A stretch of 37,822 bases of DNA, taken from contig DATIFW010000156.1 of assembly GCA_035455045.1 (NCBI GenBank), positions 1 through 37,822 of the forward strand, read 5' to 3'. Made by a program: the position numbers and the translations under genes. How positions within the stretch are numbered: the stretch's first letter is position 1; each line of letters opens with the position of its first letter. Below the pieces are notes generated by a model. That model made no database searches. It was not told the origin of the DNA and was given only the letters and a program-made list of their open reading frames with translations. Shown piece by piece: positions 19,175-27,448 of this stretch. This DNA is from Thermoanaerobaculia bacterium. Its GTDB lineage: Bacteria > Acidobacteriota > Thermoanaerobaculia > UBA5066.

Positions 19175-19742
19175 CGGCGCCGGCCGCCTCCAGCGCCGTG
19201 CCCTCCCGCCGGATGCGGCGGTAGGCGACGACGAGAGCCGCCGTGAAGACGACTCCGAAAATCACGAGCAGCCGGATGAGCGCCGGATCCGACGACATGG
19301 GCGGCGCGGTCCCCGCGCGCCACTCGCGGTACGTGCCGAGGACGAGCGTGCGGTCCTTTTGCAGGAACACCCAGCCCGTCGCGAACAGCAGACACGCGGC
19401 GATGAGGAGCCGGTTCAGGCCCACGCGGCCCTCGCGCACGAGCGCGACACCCGCCGCCAGGCCCGCGACGTTCGACGCGAGGTAGAGCGTCATGAACATG
19501 GGAATGAAAACCGGGTACGCGAGGACCGAGTCCTCGTGCCACCACATGTGCGAGGTCTCGAAGCCGAAGTGCCGCACGAGAAGCTCGATCGGGAGCCAGC
19601 TCGCGAAGACGCCGAAGAAGAGGAGGTCGCGGACGACCGTGCGCCAGACGTGTTCGCTCTCGCCGGTGGCGAGCTGGGCGCGCGCGGCGTCGGCGTGGAG
19701 CCCTCCGAGGGCGAACGCGACCGGGATGTCGATCTGGACCAT
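19140..19742 (-). CDS. integral membrane protein of unknown function (about 5 predicted TM segments), last gene of the kinase-FGE operon
   Basis: Hydrophobic segments (LLFFGVFASWLPIELLV, VFIPMFMTLYLASNVAGLAAGVALV, LLIAACLLFATGWVFL, LIRLLVIFGVVFTAALVVAY). Starts 12 nt after the TonB-receptor stop. No family recognised. Confidence 0.6.
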   Translation of the reverse strand: MVQIDIPVAFALGGLHADAARAQLATGESEHVWRTVVRDLLFFGVFASWLPIELLVRHFGFETSHMWWHEDSVLAYPVFIPMFMTLYLASNVAGLAAGVALVREGRVGLNRLLIAACLLFATGWVFLQKDRTLVLGTYREWRAGTAPPMSSDPALIRLLVIFGVVFTAALVVAYRRIRREGTALEAAGAVRSRSVSRPAG

Positions 19743-19754
19743 CGAGGCTCACTC

Positions 19755-21797
19755 CTAGAAGTGGAAGCGCAGCTCGCCCGTGACGCGGCGGCGCAGGATG
19801 TCGCCGAAGACGTGCTGCTGGACGCGCGCGTCGGCCAGGTTCACGGCCCGGACGGCGACGGCGAGACCGTTCCGGAACGTCCAGCCGAGAGCCGCGTTCC
19901 AGAGCGTGAACGGGGCGGTCGTGCCGACGTACGGCTGGACGTCCGTCCAGAACGCAGACGCCGTGTAGTTCACGGAGACCGACCCGGAAAAGGGGCCGGC
20001 GGCGACGCCGAGCCCCGCGTTGACGCGGTGCCGCGCCGGCAGGTTCACGGGGATCGTCGCCGCGCCCTGCTCGCTCACGTCGGGGTCCGCCTGCCACGAG
20101 TAGTTCGCGAAGGCCGTGAGGGCGCGAGTGAGCTTCGCGTCGGCCGAGAACTCGAAGCCGCGGTCCACGATCCGCCCGAGGTTCCGGTAGCTGAACGTCT
20201 TCGGGAGGCCGATCTGGTCGAGGGCGGACGGCGGCAGCGGCCAGCCCGGCGGCGGGTCGGCCGACGTGTAGGACTCGATGGGCACGAAGAAGATGCGATC
20301 GCGCGAGATGTTGTAGTACGCCGAGGCCGTGACGGTGACGCGCCCGGCGAGCGTCCCGGTGTAACCGATCTCGAACGCGTTCATCGTCTCGGCGTCGAGG
20401 GAGCTCGAGCCCGTCGCGAGGATCGGGAAGACGTACGGGCCCGTCGGAAGCGTCGCGAAGGCCGAACTCGGGAAGTAGAGGAAATCCTCGACGAGCGACG
20501 GAGCGATGAAGGCCCGGTTCCAGCTCAGCCGGAAAGTGTGGTCCTTGTGCGGCTCGAAGATGAGGCCCGTGCGCGGCGAGACAGCCCCGCCGTACGTGTC
20601 CGACCAGTCGTAACGCGCGCCGATCCTCAGGCGCAGCGTCTCGGCGAGGAAGATCTCGTCCTCCGCGAAGACGGCGAGGTCGGTGCGCGCGTGGACGTCG
20701 GGCACGAGGCTCAGGTCGAAGTGGCTGTAACGCGCGCTCGCGCCCCACGTGACGAGGTTCTTCTCGCCGAAGAGGTGACGGTCGCCCGCCTCGGCCGCGA
20801 CGGCCTGGTTCTTCATCGTGACGACGTCGGGCGTCAGGAAGCCGACGTACTTCGCGTCGTGCAGCGTCGCCTCGCCGGCGGCGTGGAAGTCGCCCTTGCG
20901 GTACCCGGCCGAGACGTGGCCCTGGTAGAGGTCCTTGCTGTCGAAAGGCCCGAGGCCCGTGAGCATGGCGCCGTCGCTCGACGCGAAGCCCGCGCCGAAC
21001 TTCCACTTGCCCGCGTCGGGCCGGTCGAGGTCGAGGCGCAGGTCGAGGCGGTACTGGTGAGTGCCCGTGTTTTCGTACGGCGGCAGGGGCGTGCCGTCGG
21101 GCAGCGTCGTGGGGCGCTCCCAGGCGTCCTGCGTGAAGTACGAACCGCTGACCTTGTACGACGCGGCGCCCGAGGTGCCCGCGTGGATCACGCCGGCCTC
21201 GCGCGTGCCGAGCGTTCCGCCGCCGACCTTGACGGACGTTCCGAGCATCTCGGCCGGGTCCTTCGTGAGGATGTTCACGACGCCGCCGAACGCGTTTGGC
21301 CCCCACATGGCGGAGTCGGGCCCGCGGACGACCTCGACCTGCTTGACCTCGTCGAAGTTGATGGGCAGGAGGTCCCACAGGACCATTCCGAAGTAGTCCT
21401 GGTAGATCGTGCGCCCGTCGAGGAGCGCGAGCGTCGCGCGCGCGTTGCGGCCCGTCGCGAGGCGTGGCGTGAGGTTGACGTCGCGCGCGGACGTCTGCGC
21501 GACGTTGAGTCCGGGCACCGGGCGCAGGAGATCGCCGTAGCCCTCGCCCGCGGACGCCGCGATCTCGGGCGCCGAGACGACCGTGACCGCGACCGGCGCG
21601 TCGCGGAGCTCCTCGGCGGTCTTGCTCGCGGTCACGACGACCGTCTCGCCGTACGTGCGTTCGGGCTTCTCGTCCGCGGCCTCGCCGGAAGCGGCGGGCG
21701 GCGGGGTCGCGGGCGTCGGCGTCGGCGCCGGCTGCTGCGCGAGAGCGCTGCCCGCGAGAGAGCCGGCGAGAAGGGGAGCGAGGAGTCGCCGCGTCAC
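19755..21797 (-). CDS. TonB-dependent outer-membrane receptor
   Basis: GTG 21797. Signal peptide VTRRLLAPLLAGSLAGSALAQQ. Plug motifs ETVVVTASK and VEVVRGPDSAMWGPNAFGGVVNILTK. Beta-barrel with terminal ..ELRFHF. The listed 1100-aa ORF is upstream read-through. Confidence 0.9.
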   Translation of the reverse strand: MTRRLLAPLLAGSLAGSALAQQPAPTPTPATPPPAASGEAADEKPERTYGETVVVTASKTAEELRDAPVAVTVVSAPEIAASAGEGYGDLLRPVPGLNVAQTSARDVNLTPRLATGRNARATLALLDGRTIYQDYFGMVLWDLLPINFDEVKQVEVVRGPDSAMWGPNAFGGVVNILTKDPAEMLGTSVKVGGGTLGTREAGVIHAGTSGAASYKVSGSYFTQDAWERPTTLPDGTPLPPYENTGTHQYRLDLRLDLDRPDAGKWKFGAGFASSDGAMLTGLGPFDSKDLYQGHVSAGYRKGDFHAAGEATLHDAKYVGFLTPDVVTMKNQAVAAEAGDRHLFGEKNLVTWGASARYSHFDLSLVPDVHARTDLAVFAEDEIFLAETLRLRIGARYDWSDTYGGAVSPRTGLIFEPHKDHTFRLSWNRAFIAPSLVEDFLYFPSSAFATLPTGPYVFPILATGSSSLDAETMNAFEIGYTGTLAGRVTVTASAYYNISRDRIFFVPIESYTSADPPPGWPLPPSALDQIGLPKTFSYRNLGRIVDRGFEFSADAKLTRALTAFANYSWQADPDVSEQGAATIPVNLPARHRVNAGLGVAAGPFSGSVSVNYTASAFWTDVQPYVGTTAPFTLWNAALGWTFRNGLAVAVRAVNLADARVQQHVFGDILRRRVTGELRFHF

Positions 21798-23071
21798 GCG
21801 TCCACCGGGTCCGGGGAGGCGCCGGGGCCGGTGCGCCGGAGCGACTCCGGCAGGAACGTCTGTTTGTAACCGGGTGGAAGCTTCGAGAGCTCCTCGGTGA
21901 GGGCGATGTGGAGGGACTCGGACGCGCGCGAGAGGAATGCGCCGCCCGAGAGACGCTGGAGGACGTCGTAGACGAAGCGGAGCACGAGGAGCACGATCTC
22001 CTCGCTGAACCCGGCGAGTCCCAGCTTGCCCGAGAGCTCCACGCCGAGGAGCTTCATCGTCTCCGGCCCGAGGATGTCCCGCATGACGAGGCGCGGGAGC
22101 CGCGCGAGATCGGCGGGGCGCAGGTACTTGAGCGGCAGCTCGCGCGGGACGTGCTCTCCCAGGAGCTTCTCGACGAACTCGACGAGGGCGCGCGTGATCT
22201 CGACGCCGTCCTCGGTCCGTCCGGCCTGCCGCGCGCGGATCGCGTGATAGAGCATCTCGGCGCGGGCGAAACGGGACGGGCCGCCGTCGCCGGGTTCGGG
22301 CTCGGGCAGGAGGCTGCGGTCGACGCCGAGGACGAAGCCGACCACGTTCCAGCAGTGGATGAACGCCTCGGCCTGGTCGGGCGTGAAGGCGGCGCCCATC
22401 GTCTTCATGCCGCGGAGGACGACGTACGCGAACGTCTGAAGCGTGTAGGCCATGTCCTCCTGGCAGATGGGATGCCCCCACGCCGGGTTCCAGCGCGCCT
22501 CTTCGTAGACCTTGCCCATGTCGTGGCCGGCGCCCGTCGCGGTCGCGAGGATGAGGTGGCGCACGGCAGCGTGCAGGAGTCGCACCTTCTGGACGGAGAG
22601 AATGCCCTTGGCGCCGGGCGCGAGGCCGCCCGGGAGCATCGCGTCGCGCACCATCTGAGACGTCTCGAGGATGCGCAGGCCGGGGCGGTCCTTGAGGTAC
22701 GTGGTCAGCCCGAGGACGTGGATGCCGTTCCGCATCACGTAGCACTCGGGCAGGCTCGCGCAGACGAGCAGCACCGTCGCGCCGAAGCCGTTGTCGTAGA
22801 AGAATTTCTGGCCGGCCTTCACGAGAGCGGGGTCGGCCCACGGCGGCGGGTCGGCGCTCTTGACCGCGAAGTCGTGGACGGGTGAGGGGAGGTTCGCGTG
22901 CGTGAAGTCGCCTTCGAACGTAAGGCCGAAGAGGAAGTCGTTCATTCTTTTCAGACCCGTGCGGCCGCCACCCGCGTCCTCGTAGAGCGCGGCGACGGCC
23001 GCGTCGGCGAGCGGGTCGCCGACGAGACGCATCGGGGCGAGCGCCGCATCGGTCCACGGCGTGAAGGTCAT
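21794..23071 (-). CDS. MpaB/Lcp-like oxygenase family protein (DUF2236-type)
   Basis: 425 aa from ATG 23071. The all-helical sequence has family-like blocks (LPECYVMRNGIHVL, VRLLHAAVRH, QEDMAYTLQTFAYVVLRGM). Assigned by recollection of the family profile, so moderate confidence. Confidence 0.65.
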   Translation of the reverse strand: MTFTPWTDAALAPMRLVGDPLADAAVAALYEDAGGGRTGLKRMNDFLFGLTFEGDFTHANLPSPVHDFAVKSADPPPWADPALVKAGQKFFYDNGFGATVLLVCASLPECYVMRNGIHVLGLTTYLKDRPGLRILETSQMVRDAMLPGGLAPGAKGILSVQKVRLLHAAVRHLILATATGAGHDMGKVYEEARWNPAWGHPICQEDMAYTLQTFAYVVLRGMKTMGAAFTPDQAEAFIHCWNVVGFVLGVDRSLLPEPEPGDGGPSRFARAEMLYHAIRARQAGRTEDGVEITRALVEFVEKLLGEHVPRELPLKYLRPADLARLPRLVMRDILGPETMKLLGVELSGKLGLAGFSEEIVLLVLRFVYDVLQRLSGGAFLSRASESLHIALTEELSKLPPGYKQTFLPESLRRTGPGASPDPVDA

Positions 23072-25494
23072 CTGCCGTCTCCCTCGGTGCGCGGCGGCGT
23101 GAACGCCAGCCGGAAGCTGATCGCCGGGTTCAGGTAGAAGGCCGGGATCAGGTAGCGGAACGCCGCACGGCTCATGTGGCTGAACTCCGTCGAGCCCGCG
23201 AGTTCGGCCGCGCCGCCGCGGATGACGCTCGAGACCATGGCGGTCTCGCCGTGGCCCTGCGTCACGAGAGTGGCCGTCCAGTCGCGGGCGTTTCCCGCCA
23301 TGCCGCGCACGCCGTACACGGAGACGTCGGTCGGGTACGAGTCGACTGGCAGCGGCCGCGGGCGGCCCGGGTTGCTCTCTCCCGAGTTGCAGAAGCTCGC
23401 GTCGAAACGATCTCCCCACGGGAACGCGCGCCCGTCCACTCCGCGCGCGGCTTTCTCCCATTCGAATTCGGTCGGGAGGCGGTACTCCCGCCCGTCGCGC
23501 GCGGAGCGCCACTCGGCGTATGCGACGGCGGAGTGCCACGTGATGCTCACGCAGGGGCGGCGGGGATGCATCTCTTCGCCGAGGAGGTCCCGCGCCGGGA
23601 GCGTAAATCGCCCGTTCGCGTCCACCTCGAGATAGGTGCTCCCGCCCACGTCCTTCTTCGGGGAGTGCAGCGCGGCCTTCGCGGGGTCGGTCGCGACGAG
23701 GTCGTTCAGGAACTCGACGTACTCGCCCATCGTGACGGGATGTACGCCGATGCAGAAATCCTCGCTCTCGGCCATCTTCCCGGGCAGCCCCCAGCCCGGA
23801 AGCGCAGGGTCGCCGCCGAGGACGTACGGTCCCGCGGGCACGTGGACGAAGCCCTCGCCGATCTCGGCGGGCGTGAGCAGCCGCACGCGGCCGGCCCAGG
23901 TCCGCGAGCGCGAGATGAAGACGGGGTAGCGCGTTTCGGCGCGGCCCCGCGCGCGCAGGACGACGAGGTAGTTGCCCATCGGAAGCGGCAGGGAAGGCAG
24001 CGGCGTGCGCCCGAGGAGGCGCTCGTTCCCCGGGACGAGTCGGCGATCCTTCTCGGCGAACTCGTAGAGCCAAACCTCGGCGCCGGGCGGATCCGAATCC
24101 AGCGCGAGCGAGCCGTCGCCTTTGAGGGAGGTGGCATGGCGCCCGTCGTCGAAGGCCGCGGCGATCTGCCCGAAGTACCGCACGTTCCTCTGGTCGTGCT
24201 GCTCCTCGGCCTCGAGGAGCTGCTCGAAGAAGTAGTCGGCCATGACCGCCCGCGCCTCGGAGTGGCTCTCGTCGTGGCCAAGGGCGCCCGCGAGCGTCAT
24301 GACGAGTTTCGAGCCGGTGGTCGCGAGCTGGACGCGCGCGTCGCGCAGGCGGTCTTCGGCCGACGTGAGCGGTTTCTTCTCGTTCACACTCTGCCAGGGC
24401 TGGAAGCCGCCGCGCAGCGACTCGACTTCTCGTTCGAGGGCGGCCATCTCCTCCTTCTTCCCGCGGTAGTCTTCGAGGATCTGGCGTCCGCGAAGTGCGA
24501 GGACGCCGGCGTTCTCCTGCCGCTTGACCTTGTCGGCCTCGGCCTCGAGCCAGGCCTGGATCTCGTCCTGCAGCTCCAGGACGGACGCGTGGCGTGCGTC
24601 AGGAGACTTCGCGAGGGCCTTGAGACACGTGCGCTCGAGCGCGAGGGGGATCTCGCGCGCCGGCGTCCGCTCGCGCGGCGGCTTCGGGTTGTCGCGCAGG
24701 ACGGCCGCGAGCGTCGCGATCGGGTTCGCGCCCGAGAAGGGCCGCTCGAGCGTGAGGATCTCGTACATCATGATGCCCAGCGCCCAGACGTCGGACCGCT
24801 CATCCACCGGAGAGGACGCTGCCTGCTCGGGCGACATGTACGCAGGCGTCCCGACCATCTCGTCCACCCGCGTGTGGTCCGTGCCGGAGGCGAGGACCTT
24901 TCCGTCTCCGCGGTCGATCACCTTCGCGAGGCCCCAGTCGAGGACCTGCACCTCGCCGTGCTCGCCGAGCATGACGTTCGCGGGCTTGAGGTCGCGGTGG
25001 AGGACTCCGCGCGAATGCGCGAAGTCGATCGCCTGCGTGACCTGCAGGAGGACCTGCACGAGGCGCGTGATGGAGTACCGGGAGATCGTCTCGCGATCGC
25101 CCGCGCGCAGGCCGCCGAGCACGTCGGCGAGGGTGCGGCCGCGGACGTACCGCATCGCGCAGAAGGGAGCACGGTCGCCGACGACGAGGGCGTGCAGGGG
25201 CACGACGTTTGGGTGCTCGAGCTGGCCCAGGATGCGCATCTCGTCGAGGAAACGGGCGCGGCGGGTGGGGTCCTCGCCCTTGGCGACCTTGAGCGCGACC
25301 TCTCGCCCGAGAGAGGGATCACGCGCGAGGAACACCGCTCCCATGCCTCCCTCGGCGAGGAGCCTGACGATCTCGAAGCGGACGGCGCCCGACGTGTCCC
25401 GCGGCGCGTCCGCCGGAAGCGAGGGCGCGGCCGCGCTTTCCGGCGTCGGGGCGAAGGTTTCCTCTTCGGAGGGATCGCTGTCCTGCCGGCTCAT
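23068..25494 (-). CDS. bifunctional Ser/Thr protein kinase / formylglycine-generating-enzyme (SUMF1/FGE-sulfatase) family protein
   Basis: ATG 25494. GGMGAVFLARD, HRDLKPANVM, DWGLAK, GTPAYMSPEQ. Then a coiled-coil region, a PEGA-like segment (GAEVWLYEF..GNYLVVLRARG), and a C-terminal FGE domain (VTMGEYVEFL, YRLPTEFEWEKAARG, GNARDWT). Confidence 0.85.
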   Translation of the reverse strand: MSRQDSDPSEEETFAPTPESAAAPSLPADAPRDTSGAVRFEIVRLLAEGGMGAVFLARDPSLGREVALKVAKGEDPTRRARFLDEMRILGQLEHPNVVPLHALVVGDRAPFCAMRYVRGRTLADVLGGLRAGDRETISRYSITRLVQVLLQVTQAIDFAHSRGVLHRDLKPANVMLGEHGEVQVLDWGLAKVIDRGDGKVLASGTDHTRVDEMVGTPAYMSPEQAASSPVDERSDVWALGIMMYEILTLERPFSGANPIATLAAVLRDNPKPPRERTPAREIPLALERTCLKALAKSPDARHASVLELQDEIQAWLEAEADKVKRQENAGVLALRGRQILEDYRGKKEEMAALEREVESLRGGFQPWQSVNEKKPLTSAEDRLRDARVQLATTGSKLVMTLAGALGHDESHSEARAVMADYFFEQLLEAEEQHDQRNVRYFGQIAAAFDDGRHATSLKGDGSLALDSDPPGAEVWLYEFAEKDRRLVPGNERLLGRTPLPSLPLPMGNYLVVLRARGRAETRYPVFISRSRTWAGRVRLLTPAEIGEGFVHVPAGPYVLGGDPALPGWGLPGKMAESEDFCIGVHPVTMGEYVEFLNDLVATDPAKAALHSPKKDVGGSTYLEVDANGRFTLPARDLLGEEMHPRRPCVSITWHSAVAYAEWRSARDGREYRLPTEFEWEKAARGVDGRAFPWGDRFDASFCNSGESNPGRPRPLPVDSYPTDVSVYGVRGMAGNARDWTATLVTQGHGETAMVSSVIRGGAAELAGSTEFSHMSRAAFRYLIPAFYLNPAISFRLAFTPPRTEGDGR

Positions 25495-25749
25495 CGCAAC
25501 TCCAGCATCACGTGCCGGTCCATTCCCCTCCTCGATCGTCCCGAAGCGACGTGGACGCGCGGATCGTACCAGCCGCAGCCACCGGGTTTTTCTTCGGAAG
25601 TGCGCTGCCCCCTCGAGCGTCGTCAGGACGCCTGAGGATCGTGCTCTCTCGAATTCCGCGGTAGTGCGTCCGCTCGCGTCTTTACCTGATGCGAACGTTT
25701 CATTGCACCGGGACTCCATCCTACCCGATCCTTACTGCAGGAGAGCGTC
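25495..25749. promoter_or_regulatory. 255-bp divergent intergenic region between the kinase-FGE operon and the ten-gene redox operon
   Basis: It must carry both promoters. AGGAGAG Shine-Dalgarno lies 5 nt upstream of GTG 25750. No specific boxes called. Confidence 0.4.
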
Positions 25750-26280
25750 GTGAGGCCGCAAAAGAGGACCGCTAAGCGCTACGAGATGGTCAACGTGCGC
25801 CCGGGCTACCTGATGATCGAGCTCGAGAACCACACTCTCGCCCGGCGCTGCTACTTCGTGGCAGAGCGGATCCCGCCCCTGGAGGAGTACCGCGAGGGCA
25901 ATCGGTTCTGGAAGCCCCAGACGGCGGCCCAGACCATTCAGTTCGACGTCCGCGACACCGACACCGGAGAGGTGGTGCCCTTCGGCGAGCTCGCGGGCCT
26001 TCTGTATTACGCCTGCTGCGACAAGGACAGCGCCGTCTACCAGATGGGCGACCTGGCCCACGACCAGCGCGTCTCGCTTTACGTGGCGATCACCACCGAG
26101 AGCGAGAAGGGTCATACGCCCATGCCCGTCGAGAAGGTCCGGATCCTCAACACGCTCTTCAACGAGCGCCTGACCAGTCCCGGGAAGAAGGTGCTGATCC
26201 TGCCCGACCTCTTCGGTCTTTACCGGAAGATCACCTACGGGCAAATGGCGGTCGACTTCGGCCTCACGTCCATGGAATGA
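25750..26280 (+). CDS. hypothetical protein, first gene of the redox/sensor operon
   Basis: 176-aa ORF with non-repetitive, protein-like composition, a Shine-Dalgarno, and 10-nt spacing to the next gene. No family recognised. Confidence 0.55.
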   Translation: MRPQKRTAKRYEMVNVRPGYLMIELENHTLARRCYFVAERIPPLEEYREGNRFWKPQTAAQTIQFDVRDTDTGEVVPFGELAGLLYYACCDKDSAVYQMGDLAHDQRVSLYVAITTESEKGHTPMPVEKVRILNTLFNERLTSPGKKVLILPDLFGLYRKITYGQMAVDFGLTSME

Positions 26281-26290
26281 GGAGCACAGG

Positions 26291-26620
26291 ATGAAGATTC
26301 AGGAACTCGCGGAGCGGCTCGAGCTCAAGGCGGCCACCAAGGTCTTCGATCGGGACGTGACGGGCGTCTACATCTCGGACATGGTCAGCGACGTGATCGC
26401 AAACGCCAAGGCGGGCGACCTGCTGGTCACCGCACAGGCGCACGCCAACGTGATCGCCGCCGCAAACCTGGTCGACAACTGCGCCGTCGTGATCACCCAG
26501 GGGAAGGTCCTTGCCGACGACGTCGTGAAGATGGCGGAGAAGGCCGAGATCACGGTCTTCACCACGGCCCTGAATCGCTGGCAAATGGCCACGAAGCTCT
26601 ATGAGGCCGGCATTCGCTAG
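26291..26620 (+). CDS. DRTGG domain protein (hydrogenase-cluster-associated type)
   Basis: 109 aa. ISDMVSDVI..GDLLVT.Q.H.NVIAAA...AVVIT.GK......V..A....I.VF.T fits the DRTGG pattern. GAGGAG Shine-Dalgarno. Confidence 0.7.
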   Translation: MKIQELAERLELKAATKVFDRDVTGVYISDMVSDVIANAKAGDLLVTAQAHANVIAAANLVDNCAVVITQGKVLADDVVKMAEKAEITVFTTALNRWQMATKLYEAGIR

Positions 26621-26654
26621 ACGGTCGCCGCGAGGCGGCCCCAGAGGTGAGGGC

Positions 26655-27023
26655 ATGCTTCTCGCGGAGATCGTCACGCTCCTCGGTTGCACGGAGCTGC
26701 TGGCGCTCGACCAGGCCGGCGACCGCGAAATCGCCGCTTGCTTCGCCGCCGACCTGATGAGCGAGGTGCTGGCCTTTTCGGGCCACGGGCCTCTCCTCGT
26801 CACCGGATTGACCAATTTGCAGTCGGTGCACACGGCCGAGGTGGTCGACGCGCAGGCCGTCCTCTACGTGAACGGCAAGCGGCCCGACGCGCAGGTCCTG
26901 GCCGTGGCGCGCGCGCGCGGCCTGCCCCTCCTGTCCACCGCCCTGACCATGTACGAAGTCTGCGGCCGCCTGCACCGGAGCGGCCTGCCCGTCTCCACCA
27001 AGGAACAGGGGACCCCACCCTGA
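26655..27023 (+). CDS. DRTGG domain protein (second copy)
   Basis: AADLMSEVLAF..GPLLVTGLTNLQSVHTAEVVDAQAVLYVNGKRP...LAVARARGLPLLST.LTMYEVCGRL. ATG 26655. Confidence 0.7.
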   Translation: MLLAEIVTLLGCTELLALDQAGDREIAACFAADLMSEVLAFSGHGPLLVTGLTNLQSVHTAEVVDAQAVLYVNGKRPDAQVLAVARARGLPLLSTALTMYEVCGRLHRSGLPVSTKEQGTPP

Positions 27024-27448
27024 GCGAGGTTCTCTATGCCGAGACCTTCCCGATCCGCGGGGGCGATTTCGAGCATGGGGGAGAGGTGGCCACTCGCATC
27101 AAGTCCATCTGCAAGGACCTGGGAATCCGGCCCGACCTCATCCGCCGGCTTTCCATCGCCAACTTCGAGGCGGAGATGAACGTCATCATGCACGCCGACG
27201 AGGCGGACCTGAGCTTCCAGGTTCTGCCCGAGGCGGTGCGGGTGGTGGTGGCGGACCGCGGCCAGGGAATCCCAGACATCGAGCTGGCGATGACTCCGGG
27301 TTGGTCCACCGCGACACCCGCGATGCGCGCCCGCGGCTTCGGAGCAGGGCTGGGGTTGCCCAACATCAAGAACAGCGCGGACGAGTTCGAGCTGAAATCG
27401 ACTCCCGGAGTCGGGACGACTCTCACCTATGCGGTGCGACTTGTCTGA
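27020..27448 (+). CDS. histidine-kinase-like ATPase (anti-sigma-factor/Ser-kinase type HATPase_c) of hydrogenase-type regulatory clusters
   Basis: FPIRGGDFEHGGEVATRIKSICKDLGI..IRRLSIANFEAEMNVIMHA....DRGQGIPD...GFGAGLGLPNIK. The start is uncertain: the only codon preceding the conserved N-terminus is CTG 27020, which overlaps the upstream stop. The next canonical start, GTG 27086, would remove conserved residues. Confidence 0.65.
   Translation: MSEVLYAETFPIRGGDFEHGGEVATRIKSICKDLGIRPDLIRRLSIANFEAEMNVIMHADEADLSFQVLPEAVRVVVADRGQGIPDIELAMTPGWSTATPAMRARGFGAGLGLPNIKNSADEFELKSTPGVGTTLTYAVRLV

Noticed and set aside
18586-19224. 212-aa ORF overlapping the second HExxH gene in another frame
   Set aside because: The translation is Arg/Pro/Gly-rich. 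The 18650-19174 frame has a signal peptide, the HEMLH motif and clear paralogy to 17307-17780.
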